Source: Negaprion brevirostris
Taxonomy: Eukaryota
DNA length: 64,000 bases
Reading direction: 5' to 3'
Assembly (NCBI GenBank): GCA_030324005.1
Contig: JARDVH010000193.1
Location: 60,948,199 to 61,012,198, forward strand
A program made the position numbers and the translations under genes. Positions 50,010 to 64,000 of the stretch are shown here, piece by piece (position 1 is the first letter of the stretch; every line of letters begins with the position of its first letter). The notes under the pieces were generated by a model that saw only the letters and a program-made list of their open reading frames with translations, was not told the DNA's origin and ran no database searches.

Positions 50010-50225
50010 ATGTTAGCATGACCAATCCAGCCAACCTACAAATATTTGGACAGTGGGAGGAAGCCGGAGCACCCAGAGTAACCCCACGATCAGACTGGTA
50101 TTAACTCCACATAGGGAGTAACCCAAGGCAGGAATCGAACCAATGTGCCTGGCACTGTGAAACAGCTGTGCCAACCAATTTCTGCCAGTTCTGCCTGGTT
50201 CTGTGATGCAGCTGTGCCGCCACTT
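50010..50225 (-). mobile_element. tRNA-derived shark SINE
   Basis: tttggacagtgggaggaagccggagcaccc..ggaatcgaacc..ggcactgtga. Confidence 0.75.
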
Positions 50226-50759
50226 TCTGCCAGATCTCCCTGCTTCTGTCAGTTTTACACAAATACTTACTCTGAGAGGAAAAGAAACACTTCCATATTG
50301 AATGTAACTTTCTCAAAACAATGTTCCACAAAGTAGCACATCATACTCTATGTTCCAGCATGAATCCCAAACAATTAATAAGTATTTTTGCTTTGTCATC
50401 TTGATGGCCATTCCTATCAGATGCTTCAGTTGAACCAGTTGTTTTTGATTTTCTACCTTTATAGTTAAGACTTCCTGAATAATAAATAAAAGCTGCTTCT
50501 GATGCCAGGGAATCTGGTTTGTATGTGTCTACTTACTCTTGCTCCTGTCTTGAATAACGCTCTAATATTGCTATTTTCGAATTTAGCGGATCGGTTCTAG
50601 AAATGCTGCAAAATTAAATCGTTATTGTCGTCGAATCATTTTCCCTATTCTTATCTCCATTAGAAAACTGTTTTTAAAAATTTTTTTAAAGTTATATGAG
50701 GCAGCAATGTGTGCCCGTGCTGCTGCATACAACTGAAAGAACATCACAGGCCCGTACAA

Positions 50760-53700
50760 TGTCGATCAAAATGGTAACGGGAAGATATTTAATCGAAGGT
50801 AAAGTTGAAGCCAAATGATAGAACGACGTTAACCCCAAAGAGGACAAACTAAGATGAAGGCAAATGAAATCTGAAAATAAAAGATCTACGGTTGCAGATA
50901 GTAGACAAGAAGCAAACGTCACTCAGTTAAGTTGAAATAACACCTTTGGACTCGGAAACCTTCATGATCCAGAAGTTATCTGTTGTGTTTCGCATGACAC
51001 CAAGCAATTCATTTCTGAATGCACCTTAGCAAATTATGTTTCCACACCTCATCAATGTATTCCTCAGCAGTGCCATCTTGAAGGAAATAAATGTGAGCCC
51101 AATTCTGCCTCTTTCCACAAGGGTTCCAGGTGCTCTCAAAAGCAGCCTAAAGACAAGGTAGAGTATCTTGAAAATATGACAGTTCACGAGAAAGTGCCAA
51201 TGCCGAAACATGGTTTTATCAGCATTGTACCAGTAAAACATCGTGGTTAGCTAAGAATATGAATGTTTGAATAAAACTTCAAAGAGATCCCATTAGCCCC
51301 TGTTAACCATTGAATACATTTTGCCGCAACTTGCAAAGGCAAACATCTTTACCTCCCTCGATGCAGATGATGGATGATGGGAGGGGCAGCTGGATCATAA
51401 TAACAGTCTTCTGACTAATTCATGGTTTTCACGTCACTTGGCAATGCAATGAATCTGGAAGTGTATTAAGCAGACAACAACATAAGATAATCAATGATCG
51501 CCCCTGAGACCACGTTATGTTGCATGATCTGATGGTCGATGAACGTATAGACACAATGCGAGTAACCATCCCATATAATCATCAAAATGCAGAGAGTTTG
51601 CGAGTTGGACATCACCAGGTAAACCTAAATTTGAACAAAAAAAAAGCGCCACGGAAGGTGACCGAACTCAAATAAATATATCATGAAATGACGGCGAAAA
51701 GACACCATTCTGATTATGGGAAGGGACGAGCGTAGCAGAAACGCAGCAATTCACAGAGGTGAAAGTAATATCAGGTGTCATTGTATTTGTGAGAAACGCA
51801 GTTAGAATGTACTCAAAAGATCCAATTGTGTCTTTGGCGGTTTAAACGAAAAACTATCCATCCATTCGAATCCCAAGTTACCCCGCCTGTCCATAACGGT
51901 GCAGTTACCATCACTTTAAGCATACAGCTAGGTGAATAACGAATTCTACCAAACTTATCATCAGAGCGTGAACCTCGACACAAACTCGCTGCAACGAATA
52001 TTTAGTGGCATTAGAACATAGAATAAGAAGCAGCATTCACTGGTGTCAAACAATTAGAAACAGCAGTGCCAACACAAAGATCTGATAATGTAACGAGTGA
52101 AGTCGCCGAACCAAAGTAAGGCCAGCCAAAAAGCACTTGATCAAACTTCAGGGAGCAAGAAGTTTTTGTTTTGTTGTTTTGTTTCGTGCATACGGAGCAT
52201 TAGGGGAACAAAACTTATTTCTCAGCATGTTAATCAGCATTTTCAGGAGAAACTGAGGATAGAAGTTGACCACAAGTCACTTCTATCAGCTTCAAAGGGT
52301 TTACAGAAGACTTTATTTTATGTACAGAAATACGATTTTGAGGTCAAGTACAAACAATGCAACGAATATACTCGCCACCATTCTGACCAGTCCTTTGTGA
52401 ATGGCGCATGTGCGGAATGGGAAATATTCTATTTTCAACAAGAAGCAGTACGCGGCACTCATGGATGTTGTCAAGCCAACGAGTCCGATTGACGGACATC
52501 CGAACTCAGTCAAAACAAATTACAAACGTGTTTCAAAGCTGAGATATTACATGAAGTAGTGACGTTCGTATTGCGTAAAGCCATCCAGGCCGATTTGTTG
52601 CTATTAGAGAGCACTGAATATAAAGGGGTAAAATGTTTACGTAAGGCGGCATCTTGTACAAAGGAACTGGGATCATCATCTAAAAATGTTAGGATAGAGA
52701 TGCTGAACCCCTTCAATTGCAACCATTGAGTAATAGAGTCCAGCAGCAGAAAGCCAAGAGAATCGCAGGACAGGTTAACCACGAGAAATCAAATTAAGAA
52801 CTACTTGAAACTAATATGAAGCAAAACAAGCTAAGCAGTTGCACTTGACATCCTATTGAGACAATGCTAATGCTGGGAGTAGATGTCTTAATTTTGTTTG
52901 GAATTAACAATCATACCAAAGTTGACCACAACTTAGAATTAGATAAGCTGACTTTAACAAGTGACAATGATTTGTTTTTAATTCCTTGCAACACATTTCT
53001 GATGTCATAGCATGCCTGACGTCATATATTCCGACACCCCATGAAAGCTTGAGAAATTCAGTACTACAGACCACCTCCCCACAATCCCCGGTCAAATGGA
53101 CAGCTCGGAACAGCGGGGAAAACAGTCAAAAATGCCACCAATTCGTTAAATAGACCTAATATTAAATTGCACAAGCGGAGACTAAAATCAATAATTTAAA
53201 CGACTGAAGGCAGATCAAGTAGGCTACTTCGGGGACTAAGGTCACTTTGCAATTAGACCACTCTTTAAATAGTTACAAGAATTTAAGAAGGAAGAACGAG
53301 TAATGCAATTGAGAGACAAATTCAAAGCGGAAGCCCGAAATTCGCTCCAATAAGGCAGTTAAATCATTACCTGAGTTAGAGAGCGAGAGTCAACGTAGAA
53401 ATAATGAAAGGCATTCTACAAGAGACAGCGTAGATGACAATTTGAAACCAATATGAAACAGTTACCATGTCAAACAATCATGGTGAAATTGAAGGATATT
53501 GTCAAAATCACAGGCCTATAGGTGTAACGTGAAAAGCTGATGCGTCACAAAGGACAAGTAATGAGAAAGAGTTGACTTTGCCAAATGAACTAAGGATGGT
53601 ACCATATTAACGGCAGACATAGGTCTGTTGTCCAACAATCACACAGAGTAGCAGCAACAAACACATCGGCAATGTCACCTCAGGAATACGTAGTCGAATG

Positions 53701-53760
53701 ACTGACAAGCAATAACGATTAACAGATATACCATTAGCAGAAATGAAGGTTACAAAGTGA
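50760..53760 (+). mobile_element. Heavily decayed Gypsy LTR retrotransposon
   Basis: RT motif TIEYILPQLAKANIFTSLDA, RNase H VDHKSL..QKYDFEVKYK and integrase TSPQSPGQMDS remnants, with many stops. Confidence 0.7.
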
Positions 53761-54612
53761 ACGGCATTAAAGATACATCATGGAACAACATTTTCTTGCA
53801 TATCTGATGTCATTATTTATCATATATATGTCTGTGCATGTTTTTTTTTCCAAGTGGGGCAAGTTCGGAGGGACACCTTGTATTCCGTGCCATTTTCATT
53901 TTGTGCACCGGGGCTTTCTATTTTTATGTCATATTTGATTCATACAATCACTGATGCCATCCTTTTGTGAAAACAGACAGAAGGAATTGTGTCTGCAAGT
54001 GGAACAGAAACATTTCGAAGATTGCGACTGCAGTAACGGATTGAAGATTTCCTTTTCGGTTCCCGAGAAGCAGAAGATTTGCTGATCGGAGGATATAAAT
54101 TCCTGGGAAATCCATGCATATTCCTTGCATTATTTTTTCACACGGTCCTGCCGTCCATTTCAGGGGTACGATTGGTCCCCAAAGCTTATGAAGCCCCATA
54201 GAGCTAGGACATTGTTTCGTGCGGTCATATATCTACATAATTGAGAAGGATTAATTTATGGTGAAATAGCTCCAGGGAGTAAGTACCAGTGAGAAATTAA
54301 CATGAGTTTGATTCGAACACCTTTACCAAGTTTTGGGAAATAGTTATGCCTGTCCGCAAAACAGTGGTTTGATGTTCAACATTTGGCCGCCTCTCAGCAT
54401 TTAAGAAACGCTCCATATAATGGGTTTGATACTAACGTGGGTAACCTCAATTCTCCACATTGTATTCCATCGGACAATTTTTTTCCATTTTTGTTGACCC
54501 CGGCTGGTATACGTGGAGTACATTTTCTATCACCAGGATCTCTACACTTCCACCTAATTTCGTAACACCTGTAAACCTGGCCACAATCCCCATGTTGACC
54601 GTGCTTTTCTTT

Positions 54613-57600
54613 TGAGGCTGTGTATTGCTAATCTAAAGCCAATTACAGAGACTCATTGAAAACAAAACTCATTAAACTCTATACCGATTTAAGGCATGAC
54701 TTTATTGGCCAAAGGGGAGAATGATATAAATTAGCCCAGCATTGCAGGTAGAGAATACAGGCAGTCCAACTTCATTCTGGAAAACAATACCTCCACGAGA
54801 ACAATTACACATTTCCAAAATCATATATCCCACCACTCCAGTGGGCTAATCCAGTACACATTGATACAAATCAGTCAATAATCTTCACTGCCACCAATTC
54901 CAGTCAACAGCGATTTATGTCCTGATGCCATGGCATCTTACTTGTCCTATATCGGATGTCGCCTCCCTCGGTTGACCAGCGACACATGATGCTGGCCAGT
55001 GAAATTGGAGAATGATTCTCACCCACTCAAAGCCACGTGACACTTGTCCGACCCTGAGTAAATCATTATGTCTGTCTTACACCTATGTTATCAATTTTAA
55101 GCTGGGTAGTTATATTCATCAAGCTGGCATTGCAGCCATTTTTTTTTCCCAACAGCTGCTGAAAAAGTGATCCGCGTTCAATAGAACCATTGCCCTAAGG
55201 AAGGCAGGCCTTGTCTACAGCCTCATCCCATCAAGCCCTACTGTATCTCGCAGCTGTCTGAAGTTTTACAAAATTCATTTTAAAAGAAAACTGCGTCCAT
55301 TTTATAAATTCAAAATGCATGTGTTTAAATGAGAAGTGCTTGTCTTTCAGTTAGAGCTGTCTTTGATAGCGACAGCCCTTGTCAGTGCTCCTTTTAATCA
55401 AAGATCATTCTTAACTCAGTATCGTGTTAGTGTTCTTCAACCCATAATTATGTGTTTTATTAGCATATTTTTGTCACCCTACATCAGTTCCTCCTCTAGG
55501 CATTTGGCTAACGTCCAACGAAGGCCACTAAATAAATCTACCTAAGTAATTAAACTTAGTCCTTATTAACTATTTGGATTTTCGGATTTTCCTCCTCCTC
55601 AGCCTAACTGCCGTCACTGATGGTATACTTCCTGTGGTCTTAACCTGTTGAGCACATAGGCATTTCAGCATGTTCACTACTATTGATATTACTAAAATCA
55701 CAATGAAGACGAGCATGGCTCCGTGCAGGGTAGCTAGCCCCAAAAACCTAACCAGCCCGAAAACCAGACACTCAGAGTAAATGGTTGTGAATGCTTGATT
55801 CCGTTTGAATTTGTGAGACTAAATTGGTTATGTTTTCCGAAGTGTCAGGCAGATAGTTGCATTTTGATCTAACAAGAGCACATGTCCCAAACTTCACTGT
55901 CGAGATGAAATCTAATGCCAATCGATTCTATAGCAGAACAGTGGTCATCACTAATTGCAGCACACACTATAGTTGTGTTATTGGCAATCTGATGCAATAC
56001 GGAGACAACGGTTTCAATCTGGATTGCAATCTTGTATGCACAAACCATTGAAACAAAAATGTTGTGAAATCCCACTAGATCTCCTCGACTTCTCTGAGTA
56101 AGGAGACTGTGGTTATAGATATGGGACGACATATCCAAAGCAACATGACCATTTTCATTCCTTAGGTAGACATTGATGTGCCTTATTTCCTCAAATCCGA
56201 TATGTCTCATTAAAGGTTGTTTGTGTGCGCTCCCTTTCGAAACAACATGGAATATGGCAAGACCTATTATTGTGCGGTGGACTCGTACATATTAGGCTGA
56301 TTGTGTCTACTGTATACTGAGATCTGCTTCTGACCAAGCACCTTTCAGGACCCCTTTTCTTCTCAACACACAGTATCTTTTTTCGGTTTTGATTCTGCTT
56401 CCTGTAAAATAAAGCTGAGCGCTGGACTTTAAAAAACGGTGAATACCTGTTCGTGGTGCCTGGCCCAACCGTACAAGATCTCCATCTCTAAACACCTGCT
56501 CTATCAGTCTCTGGGAACGCCTAGTATTTTTGCCATATGATCGCTGAAACACTGGGTAAGTTGACGCCATATAATTAAGTCTACCTTTGATAAAGACATC
56601 GAATGTAAGGGTATGCATTCCTCTGTGCGTCCCGGAATGTGTGAGCAAATCCAAAATTTAGATGCATTGGCAGCTTTTGTAAATGTGTATGGCATGTATG
56701 GGTAATTATTAACCTGTGTTACGTGATGAATATGTCGAATGACCTTAGATGGTGGTACTGTTTAACCGTACTACGATAAAAGAAGAACATACATTCATTA
56801 TAACTATTGTCATAATTCTCCCGTTGCATAAGTTTCGACCACTGATCAATATTACACAAGAAATGAATCCATTGGGGTGACCTACTGATATTTACCACTT
56901 CAGGATTAATAATTAAGGTAAAGATTTAACTGAGTCAACGCCAACACTCCAGGCTGGGCTTCTCTTCTATGAGAGTACATGTTTCTCCTGAAATTATTAC
57001 TTCATGAGGATCTTCCCACTTGACAACCAGCCCTTTTCATGTCTGTCATGAGTTTCGCCATTCACCATTAACCACTGGTGTAGGTAACTTAGGAGTGTTC
57101 CGCTCTGCTAGTTTAGCCCAGTCTCTGTGTTGCTGCAACGTAACTCCCTGTTTTTTTTAAGAGAATGTCAACCATCAAGTACATTTCTCATGCACTGAGA
57201 TGCTGCTCTAGCCTGATTTCAAGTTCTCCTCCTATTTTGCTTCCTCTGGGAGGCGCATTGCTCTTCCTATCATCAGTTCAAATTGGATTAACTCTGATCC
57301 TTCGTGAAGGATTTGCTCTCTGTTGTAACATTTTTTGCAGGCAAACCCCGCACCCAATCTTTCCCTTCCTGTTACAGAGCCTTGGCTAGACTACTTTAAG
57401 GCGCTGCTCTCTCATTCCTGGACGCTGGGAGCCGTATGGTACATGAAATCATCGCTCTATTCTGAAATTCTACACACCTCCCTTAAAACTTTCCATGTGA
57501 AGTGGGTTCCCTGTTCTGAATCGAACTGGCGAGGCTTCCCCCACCTGGATATTATCTCATTTGTCAATATCACAACAATTGTTTTGCCTCTGCATCTTTG

Positions 57601-60600
57601 CATGGGAATGCTTCTCCCCACTGAGGAAACTGACCAATGATTACCATGCAATAGATCTTTCCTTGCACTCTGGGTAATGGCTCTGTAAAATCCATCTGTT
57701 AATTTTCCCGTGGTGCTTTAGGCCATGGTTGATTCCCCATCTTGACCCTGCAGGGATGACTTGATTCCACTAGGGCGCACTGCAGGCACCTTTCTCGCCA
57801 TATCTCTTCCCATATTCTTTCACCACCAACATCCCCTCATCAAATTGTTTAAACACAGTGAGGTTATGTTGCAGCTGTATAAGGTGCTGGTGACGCCACA
57901 CAGAGGTACTGTGTCCAGTTCTGGTCGCCTTACTTGAAAAGGATATACTCGCACTGGAGAGAGAGTGCAGAGGAGATTCACTCGGTTGATTCCGCGTTGG
58001 CTTATGAGAACAGACTGAGTAGGCTAGGGCTATACTCATTGGAATTCAGAAGAATGAGGGGAGATCTTATTAAAAAACATATAAGGTTATGAAGGGAATA
58101 GATAAGATAGAAGCAGAGATTTTGTTTCCACTGACAGGTGAAACTAGAACTGGGGAGCATGGCCTTAAGATAAGGGGGAGCAGATTTAGGACTGGGTTCT
58201 TGAGGAACTTCTTCACACAAAAAGTTGTGAATCTGTGGAATTCTCTGTCCTGTGAAGGAATTGAGGCTACCTCATTGAATGTTTTTAAGATAAAGATAAA
58301 TATATTTTTGAACAGTAAAGGAATTAAGGATTATGGTGAGCGGGCAGATAAGTGATCAGTCATGATCTTTTTGAAAGGCAGACCGGGTTCGAGGATGCCA
58401 GATGGCCTACTCCTGCTCCTAATTTTATGTTCTTAAATTGCACACATGGTCGCTGCCTGTGTGTGCGAATCCATGGTGTGCCTCCAATGAAGTGTGTTTT
58501 ATTACTACTGGGGATGTTATTCTGTCTTCCCTTCTCCATACATCATCTTGATGCCTCTGTCCTCCACCTTTTTCCCATTCCTGTTATTCTTCCTCTGACG
58601 CCTGTTCCTTTTTTTTGTTTCAATTCAATGTCTGTGAGTTCCCTGACTTATGCTGCTGCCACACTAGCTGTTTAATTTTCTTCTGGGCTCTGCTCCAAAT
58701 GATTAGCCAATCCATCTGTCTTATCACTTTCCCTCTGAACATGCTTTTTAATTTTCTTGTTGCCTGTACCTTTATTACTGCTGCTTTGAAGGGGCTGTAG
58801 AGTGCCTGAAGTACAATCCTGATGAGGTGTTCATATGGGTTATGTGCCCGTTCGATGTTAGAAATCCCCTTCTTGCAAAAGCTGTCATGTAGTCATGCCC
58901 TATGCAAACGCCTATCAATTTTCTCTAAGCATGTTTACAGCTTTGCTTCACCCCATTCTGAAGGGTTAGCTAAAGCTAACAACTCTGCTACTTATGCTGA
59001 ATTACTCCCTGGGACTTGTTCTCCTGAAATCACTGTTCCTCCGTTATTCACCACAGCCCATGCCTTGTGAGGTCTGTAATTAATACAGATTCTGGCTCCA
59101 TCTACACACAATAATCACTGCTTCCTCTATGAATAGTTCCTCTGCTAGTTTTTTTTTTTCACTTGCTCCTTCTGTCACTTCCATTATGCATTCATGCTTT
59201 GTTCCTTGCACTGTTAACTCTCGTGCAGAATGTTCTCTTACATCTTTGCTAATCTCTACATATTTGTCTGCTGTCAAATGGTTTGCTTCCCACTTTGAAC
59301 GCCTGGCATCAGAAACTCATTTTGCCCCACCTCCGCATATCCCTAACAACTGAGTCAAGTTGGACTGAGTGACATCCTACTTGTCTTATTCTGTTGCCAT
59401 GTCTTTGTGCCAATGCTGCGGCTTGCATTACATTATTTTCCTGACGTATTGTTCTAATAGGTCTATTCTGAGTATACTTCCCTCCTCTGTGGCTCAGATA
59501 CTAATCTCATTCTACTTTTGTCGTCCTGCAATTTCTAATAAAATGGCCCACTCGGTCCACTCAGTACTGCTGTCTTATTCACCCTTCCCCCCACATTATA
59601 CACACCCTGTGCAGTTACATAGGCTGAGAAGTATTCTGCAATTTCAAATCTCTTATAGATATAGATAAGATGGTGTCCATCAACATAGTACGAGGTACTC
59701 CTCCCCATACATTCAGTAGTCCTGTTTTGCAGCATTAAGTGACGCTAATAGTCACTTCTGATGCAAAGTTTTCAGCAACTCCTCTACTTTCATCTAAATT
59801 GTGGGTGTGGCACCTGCTGCACTCTTGTAAATTGTTGAGTCTGCCTTCTGGAAGGTGATTCCATCCGACAGTGCCCTTGTCCTTCTCTGACTCCTTCTCT
59901 GGCCCAGCAATTTTCTCAGCCATGCCCTATGTTGTTCAGTTCTGGCACTGGAAGCTATAGCTCTGGTTCTGTATCGCTAATTTGTTTCAGATTCCCTTGC
60001 AAAATGCCCTTTCCTCCCTCAGGTGTAACATTTAAATCTAGTCAAGGACTTTTCAAGCCGTTTCTGCTGCGTTTGTGGCTTGTCAAAGTGTAATGGGGTC
60101 ATTTCAGGATTCCTCTGAAAATTAATTTCCGCTTTCATAGCCCAATTCATAATTTCCTAATAAACATTCCCTACAGTGAAACCCATCTCGACAGTTCGAA
60201 TTTGAGTTGGGTTAAATCCATCCCTTAACAGGTTTAAATCATTTCATCATCTTTCATTATATCCTCTACTCCTCCATTATCCACATGCGCGCTGAATTTC
60301 CTCTCTCCATATTCTTCAACTTCGTTTCTTGGGCCTTGCCTGATTAGGGTTATTCTGATCCTGTTGACATGACCTCTACCTATAGTTTGCCCTATCTCCC
60401 ATTTAACTCTCTCATCTTTTAGTCGGTCATTGCAACCCCGTACAATTATCCAGTCTGTCCCTATCAAAGAATCAAGTAACATCTGCCACATTGGCTTGGC
60501 CAAGTTTCCTTTAACCAATACTCTGACATCATCGAAGGTAAAATTATGAACCTTTCTCAACTTACTCATGTTTATCCCAAAATCCTGAATTTTGATGGTT

Positions 60601-61000
60601 GCAGTGCAACGGGCCCACCTTATCTAGAAACATTTGTTTCTCAGCTGTTGTCAGCAGCACTTCTTGGGAACAACATGTTGCACTCCCTCTCCCAGGACGA
60701 GAGTCCTCATTACAGTTGGATGTGGGGCAACTGGCACGGTGGGAATTACGGTAATGTAGGAAAGAGAAACATTGTCATTTTCTGGTGCTCACCCTCTAAG
60801 AAAATCTCAATATCTCTATGATTTTCATTTCACTGTCCTGAGGGTGGGGGACACAATTGTTGTTTTATTATTCCTCCAAACGGTGCATTTTGTTTCTTTA
60901 GCTGTGCTGCACTTTCTGCTGCAACCTGCTTGTAACTATCCTTTTTCCTGAAGGTGAATTCTCATTTGGGCCCGTAATATAACAATCACCATCTCCGACT
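54613..61000 (-). mobile_element. Defective class-I-type (gamma/epsilon-like) endogenous retrovirus
   Basis: Minus strand: gag-like ~60234-60569; RNase H (AQVAELLALA..VHDYM-like); integrase (EIISRWGKPRQFDSEQGTHF); env (WICSHIP, RSR cleavage-like site, L*NRLALDFI, CALVRSKC, hydrophobic TM); PPT AGAGGAGGAAC at 55487-55497; putative 3' LTR TGA..TCA at 55486-54613 with AATAAA at 54706-54701. Confidence 0.85.
57836..58436 (+). mobile_element. CR1 LINE 3' fragment inserted in ERV pol
   Basis: MLQLYKVLVTPH..MKGIDKIEAEILFPLTGETRTGEHGLKIRGSRFRTGFLRNFFTQKVVNLWNSL plus the CR1 tail. Confidence 0.9.
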
Positions 61001-61005
61001 TGTTA

Positions 61006-61080
61006 TAAGAACAAAAGAACATAAGAAATAGGAGCAGGAGTAGGCCATCTAGCCCTTCGAGCCTGCCCCGCCATTCAATA
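61006..61080 (-). mobile_element. CR1 3' tail
   Basis: aagaacataagaaataggagcaggagtaggccat, truncated by the gap. Confidence 0.8.
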
Positions 61081-61899
61081 NNNNNNNNNNNNNNNNNNNN
61101 NNNNNNNNNNNNNNNNNNNNNNNNNNNNNNNNNNNNNNNNNNNNNNNNNNNNNNNNNNNNNNNNNNNNNNNNNNNNNNNNCCCCCGCCCCCAACCCCCTT
61201 TATCTTGAGGCTTTTTCCTAATGGCCAATTTTCACTGTTGATAACATTTGAAATTAAACTGGCAATTTCTGGAGGGGGGGGGGGAGGGGGGGGTGGTTTC
61301 ACAGTAATTTCATTGTAGTATTTGCGTAAGCCTACTTGTCGCACTAATAAATAAACGTTAAAAACATTTCAAGCTGCAATTGAAAAAAAAACGCTGAAAA
61401 TTGTAACTATGCAACGAATTATTAAGCGAATGGAGGGAGAAACTGTAAAAAATGTTTCAGGTTAATTGCCAGCAAAACGGAAATAAATTATGAACCTAAT
61501 AGTCTTGCTTTGCAACATGGTAAATAAGGAAAACGGGTATATATGGAGGGAGGGAATAATTGAAAACAAAAATGATTGATTCTGCGATAAAGTGAATGGA
61601 AGAATGATTAAGTGACAAAAGAGACAATAATGCATGGAACAATATGGGCCGTAATTGGACTAGAAAAACAAGAAATTACATCTGGATTAATTTTGTGTTT
61701 TGTTTATTGTTTTAACTGTTTTGCTTTGAACGTTGCCGAATCGCACATATGGTTTTTCAAATTAATTATGTGCCCTACGCTTCTCGCACAATGCATTGCA
61801 GGAGGAAAAAGATGTAGAGGAAATATAAGTCAAACGGCACCACGTATTTCTTCACATGACGTGGATATAGCACACACGAAGAGAGCGTTCATGCCAACT

Positions 61900-63090
61900 G
61901 GCTTATAGGGACCAGGATACGAATTAGGAGAAACAGTAGACCACTCGACCTCTCTATCCTGTTCTGCCAATCAATAAGAACATTGCTGACTGACTGTAAT
62001 TGAACTCCACATTCCTATCTACTCTAGATAGCCTTTCACTGGCTTATTAATCAAGAAGCAATCTAGATCAGCCTTAAAATGTTCAAAGACTGCGCTCCTA
62101 CTGTCTTTCGAGGATGAGAGTGTCAGAGACTCATAACCTTCTCAGAGAAAAATAAATTGTATCTCTGACTTAAATGTGTGATGCTTTTAAAAAAACAATG
62201 CCTCCTAGTTTTATAATCTCCTACAAGAGGAGATCTTTTTTCCACAGCCACCTTGCGGATATCCTCTCACGATTTCAATCAAGCCGTCTTTTATTCTTTT
62301 GGACACTAATGAGCTCAATGCGAACATTTCTTCAGAAAACAATCAGTCCAGTCCTGGCATTAATCCAGTAAACTGCTCCTGACTGATTTACATATTTCTT
62401 TAAATAAGGAGACTAATATTGTATATAACACTCCAGCTATGGTCTCACTAATGCGCTGCAAAACATCCTTACTCCCATAATCAATTTCCCTTAAAATGAA
62501 TGATAACATTTTGTTAATTTTCCTATTTACATGCTGTACCAGTATACTAACCTTTTGTGACTCATGCACTAGGAAGTTCTCACCATCCTTTTTACTGTTT
62601 TAATTTTTCAAACGAATGTGGTCAATTTCAAGTGTTCCAACATTAAATTCCATTTGCCAGAATTTTGCTGAAACATTTAACCCAATTTTGGTCTTTCGTA
62701 ATATTCTTACGTTCTCTTCACAATTTACACTCCTATTTAGGTTTGTCTCATCAGCAAACATAGCCACCGAACTTCCAGCCCTCTCATATAATTCATATAT
62801 AAATTCAGGAAGTTGGAGCCCCATCATCGATCCGTGTGATTTCTCAGGGAACGTCAATAAATTGGACAAACATGTTTTTTCTTACACCAAGACATATTGA
62901 CTCTGACTAATTTCTTGACGTTTTCCCAAGTCCCCCAGATCTTTGGTAATTGTTTCCAACAATTTCCCTGTGATAGTTGTTGACCAAATGACCTGTAGTC
63001 TCCTGTTTTAAGTCTGTTGTCCTTATTGAATAAAGGAGTTACATTTTATGCCTTCCCATATAATGGAACCTTTTCCGGACGTAAAAGTTA
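61900..63090 (-). mobile_element. Decayed CR1 LINE
   Basis: Minus-strand MFADETNL..FWQMEFNVG and KINKMLSFILREIDYGSKDV, plus a reverse tail. Confidence 0.75.
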
Positions 63091-63099
63091 AAAGGATTA

Positions 63100-63316
63100 T
63101 TTATTACCGCAAGTAAGGCTTAAATTAATACTGCATTAGTCACTGCGAAATTCCCCTTGCCGCCACATTCTGGCGCCTGCTCGGGCCAGTGCACCTAACC
63201 AGCACGTCTTTCAGACGGTGGGAGGAAAGTCCACGCAGGCAGTGACACAAGCTGGGAATCCAAATCAGAACCTTGGAGCTATGAGGCAGCCGTGCTAATC
63301 ACTGTATCACCGTGTC
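63100..63316 (-). mobile_element. tRNA-derived shark SINE
   Basis: cacctaaccagcacgtctttcagacggtgggaggaaa..gtgctaatcactgt. Confidence 0.75.
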
Positions 63317-63807
63317 ACGTCAGAATTTGGGGAAAAAAATGGAACATCTTTCTAACCATTTATTTCAGTGATTAGTGTTAAGTGTATCGGGATACGGGGA
63401 TTTGTAAGCCACAGACCCAACAATTTGCTCAGTACACTTTCCTGATTATTGTAATTTTCCTGAGTTCCTCCAGCCCTCATATTTACTGATTTTCAGCTAT
63501 TTTCTGAGATGCAGCTTCTGTCCTCTATTGTGAAAGCCAACGAAAAAATCTTGTTTTCTTCATCCACCATAGCCAGAAGCTCCTTTGCAAGTTTCCCAAA
63601 AGCATTTTGCATAGGACCATTGCTCACTTCATTAGCTATTTCCTTATTCCAACATCTATCGAACTACCCGCACTTGTATTACTGCTAAGCATCCCTTCGT
63701 ACTGTCGTCATTATTCGATGGTTGTTAGAGGAGAATTGGCTCGTGGAGATATTATTAGCCTCTTACTGCAGAGGCCTCTGAAATACTGTATTTCCCTGAT
63801 TCGTATC

Positions 63808-64000
63808 CGGGGCGACATGGCAGCATCGTCGTTAACACTGCTGCTTCACAGCTCGAGGGACCGGGGATCGATTTCCGGCTTGGGTCACTGTCTATGTGGA
63901 GTTTGCACATTCTCTTCGCGTCTGCATGAGTTTCCTGCGGATGGTCCAGTTTCCTCCCACAGTCCAAAGATGTGCAGGTTAGGTTGATTGACCATGCTAA
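63808..64000 (+). mobile_element. tRNA-derived shark SINE (5' part)
   Basis: gggcgacatggcagcatcgtcgttaacactgctgcttcacagc..tgtggagtttgcacattctc..ttcctcccacagtccaaagatgtgcaggttagg. Confidence 0.85.

Larger units (their letters stand above)
2937..61180. other. Assembly gaps
   Basis: N runs at 2937-3036, 6418-6517, 8433-8532, 10951-11050, 12934-12958, 18154-18163, 18444-18543, 26936-27035, 30410-30509 and 61081-61180. Confidence 1.

Noticed and set aside
1-64000. CRISPR arrays, rRNA/tRNA genes or prokaryotic operons
   Set aside because: The DNA is vertebrate and intron-containing; tRNA-like sequences are SINE heads and no regularly spaced repeat-spacer array was seen.

Overview
Eukaryotic draft-assembly DNA with ten N-gaps. 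It is very probably from a shark or other cartilaginous fish, judged from the tRNA-derived HE1/V-SINE-type repeats, CR1, Rex-Babar and Penelope fragments. Most of the window is decayed transposable element: CR1, Rex-Babar and Vingi-like LINEs, SINEs, a GalEa-like Ty1/Copia element, two Gypsy remnants and a ~6.4 kb class-I-type endogenous retrovirus on the minus strand. Almost all ORFs in the supplied track are noise or TE remnants. The genuine host genes are two tandem + strand Ig-superfamily genes, each with a leader exon, a germline-joined VJ-type V exon (GxG J-like strand, no RSS) and a C1 exon. Gene B (37821-48621) is complete: 7 exons, 378 aa, V-C1-TM plus a tail with four ITIM/ITSM-type tyrosine motifs, i.e. 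a SIRP-like inhibitory receptor with a single C1. Gene A (23717-25585) has an intact L-V-C1 but no visible TM or tail; it may be secreted, may share gene B's tail, or its exons may lie in a gap. All six 100-N gaps in the first 28 kb are flanked by diverged direct duplicates, suggesting very divergent haplotypes or collapsed paralogous units. All translations, alignments and identity estimates were done by hand; no database searches were run.
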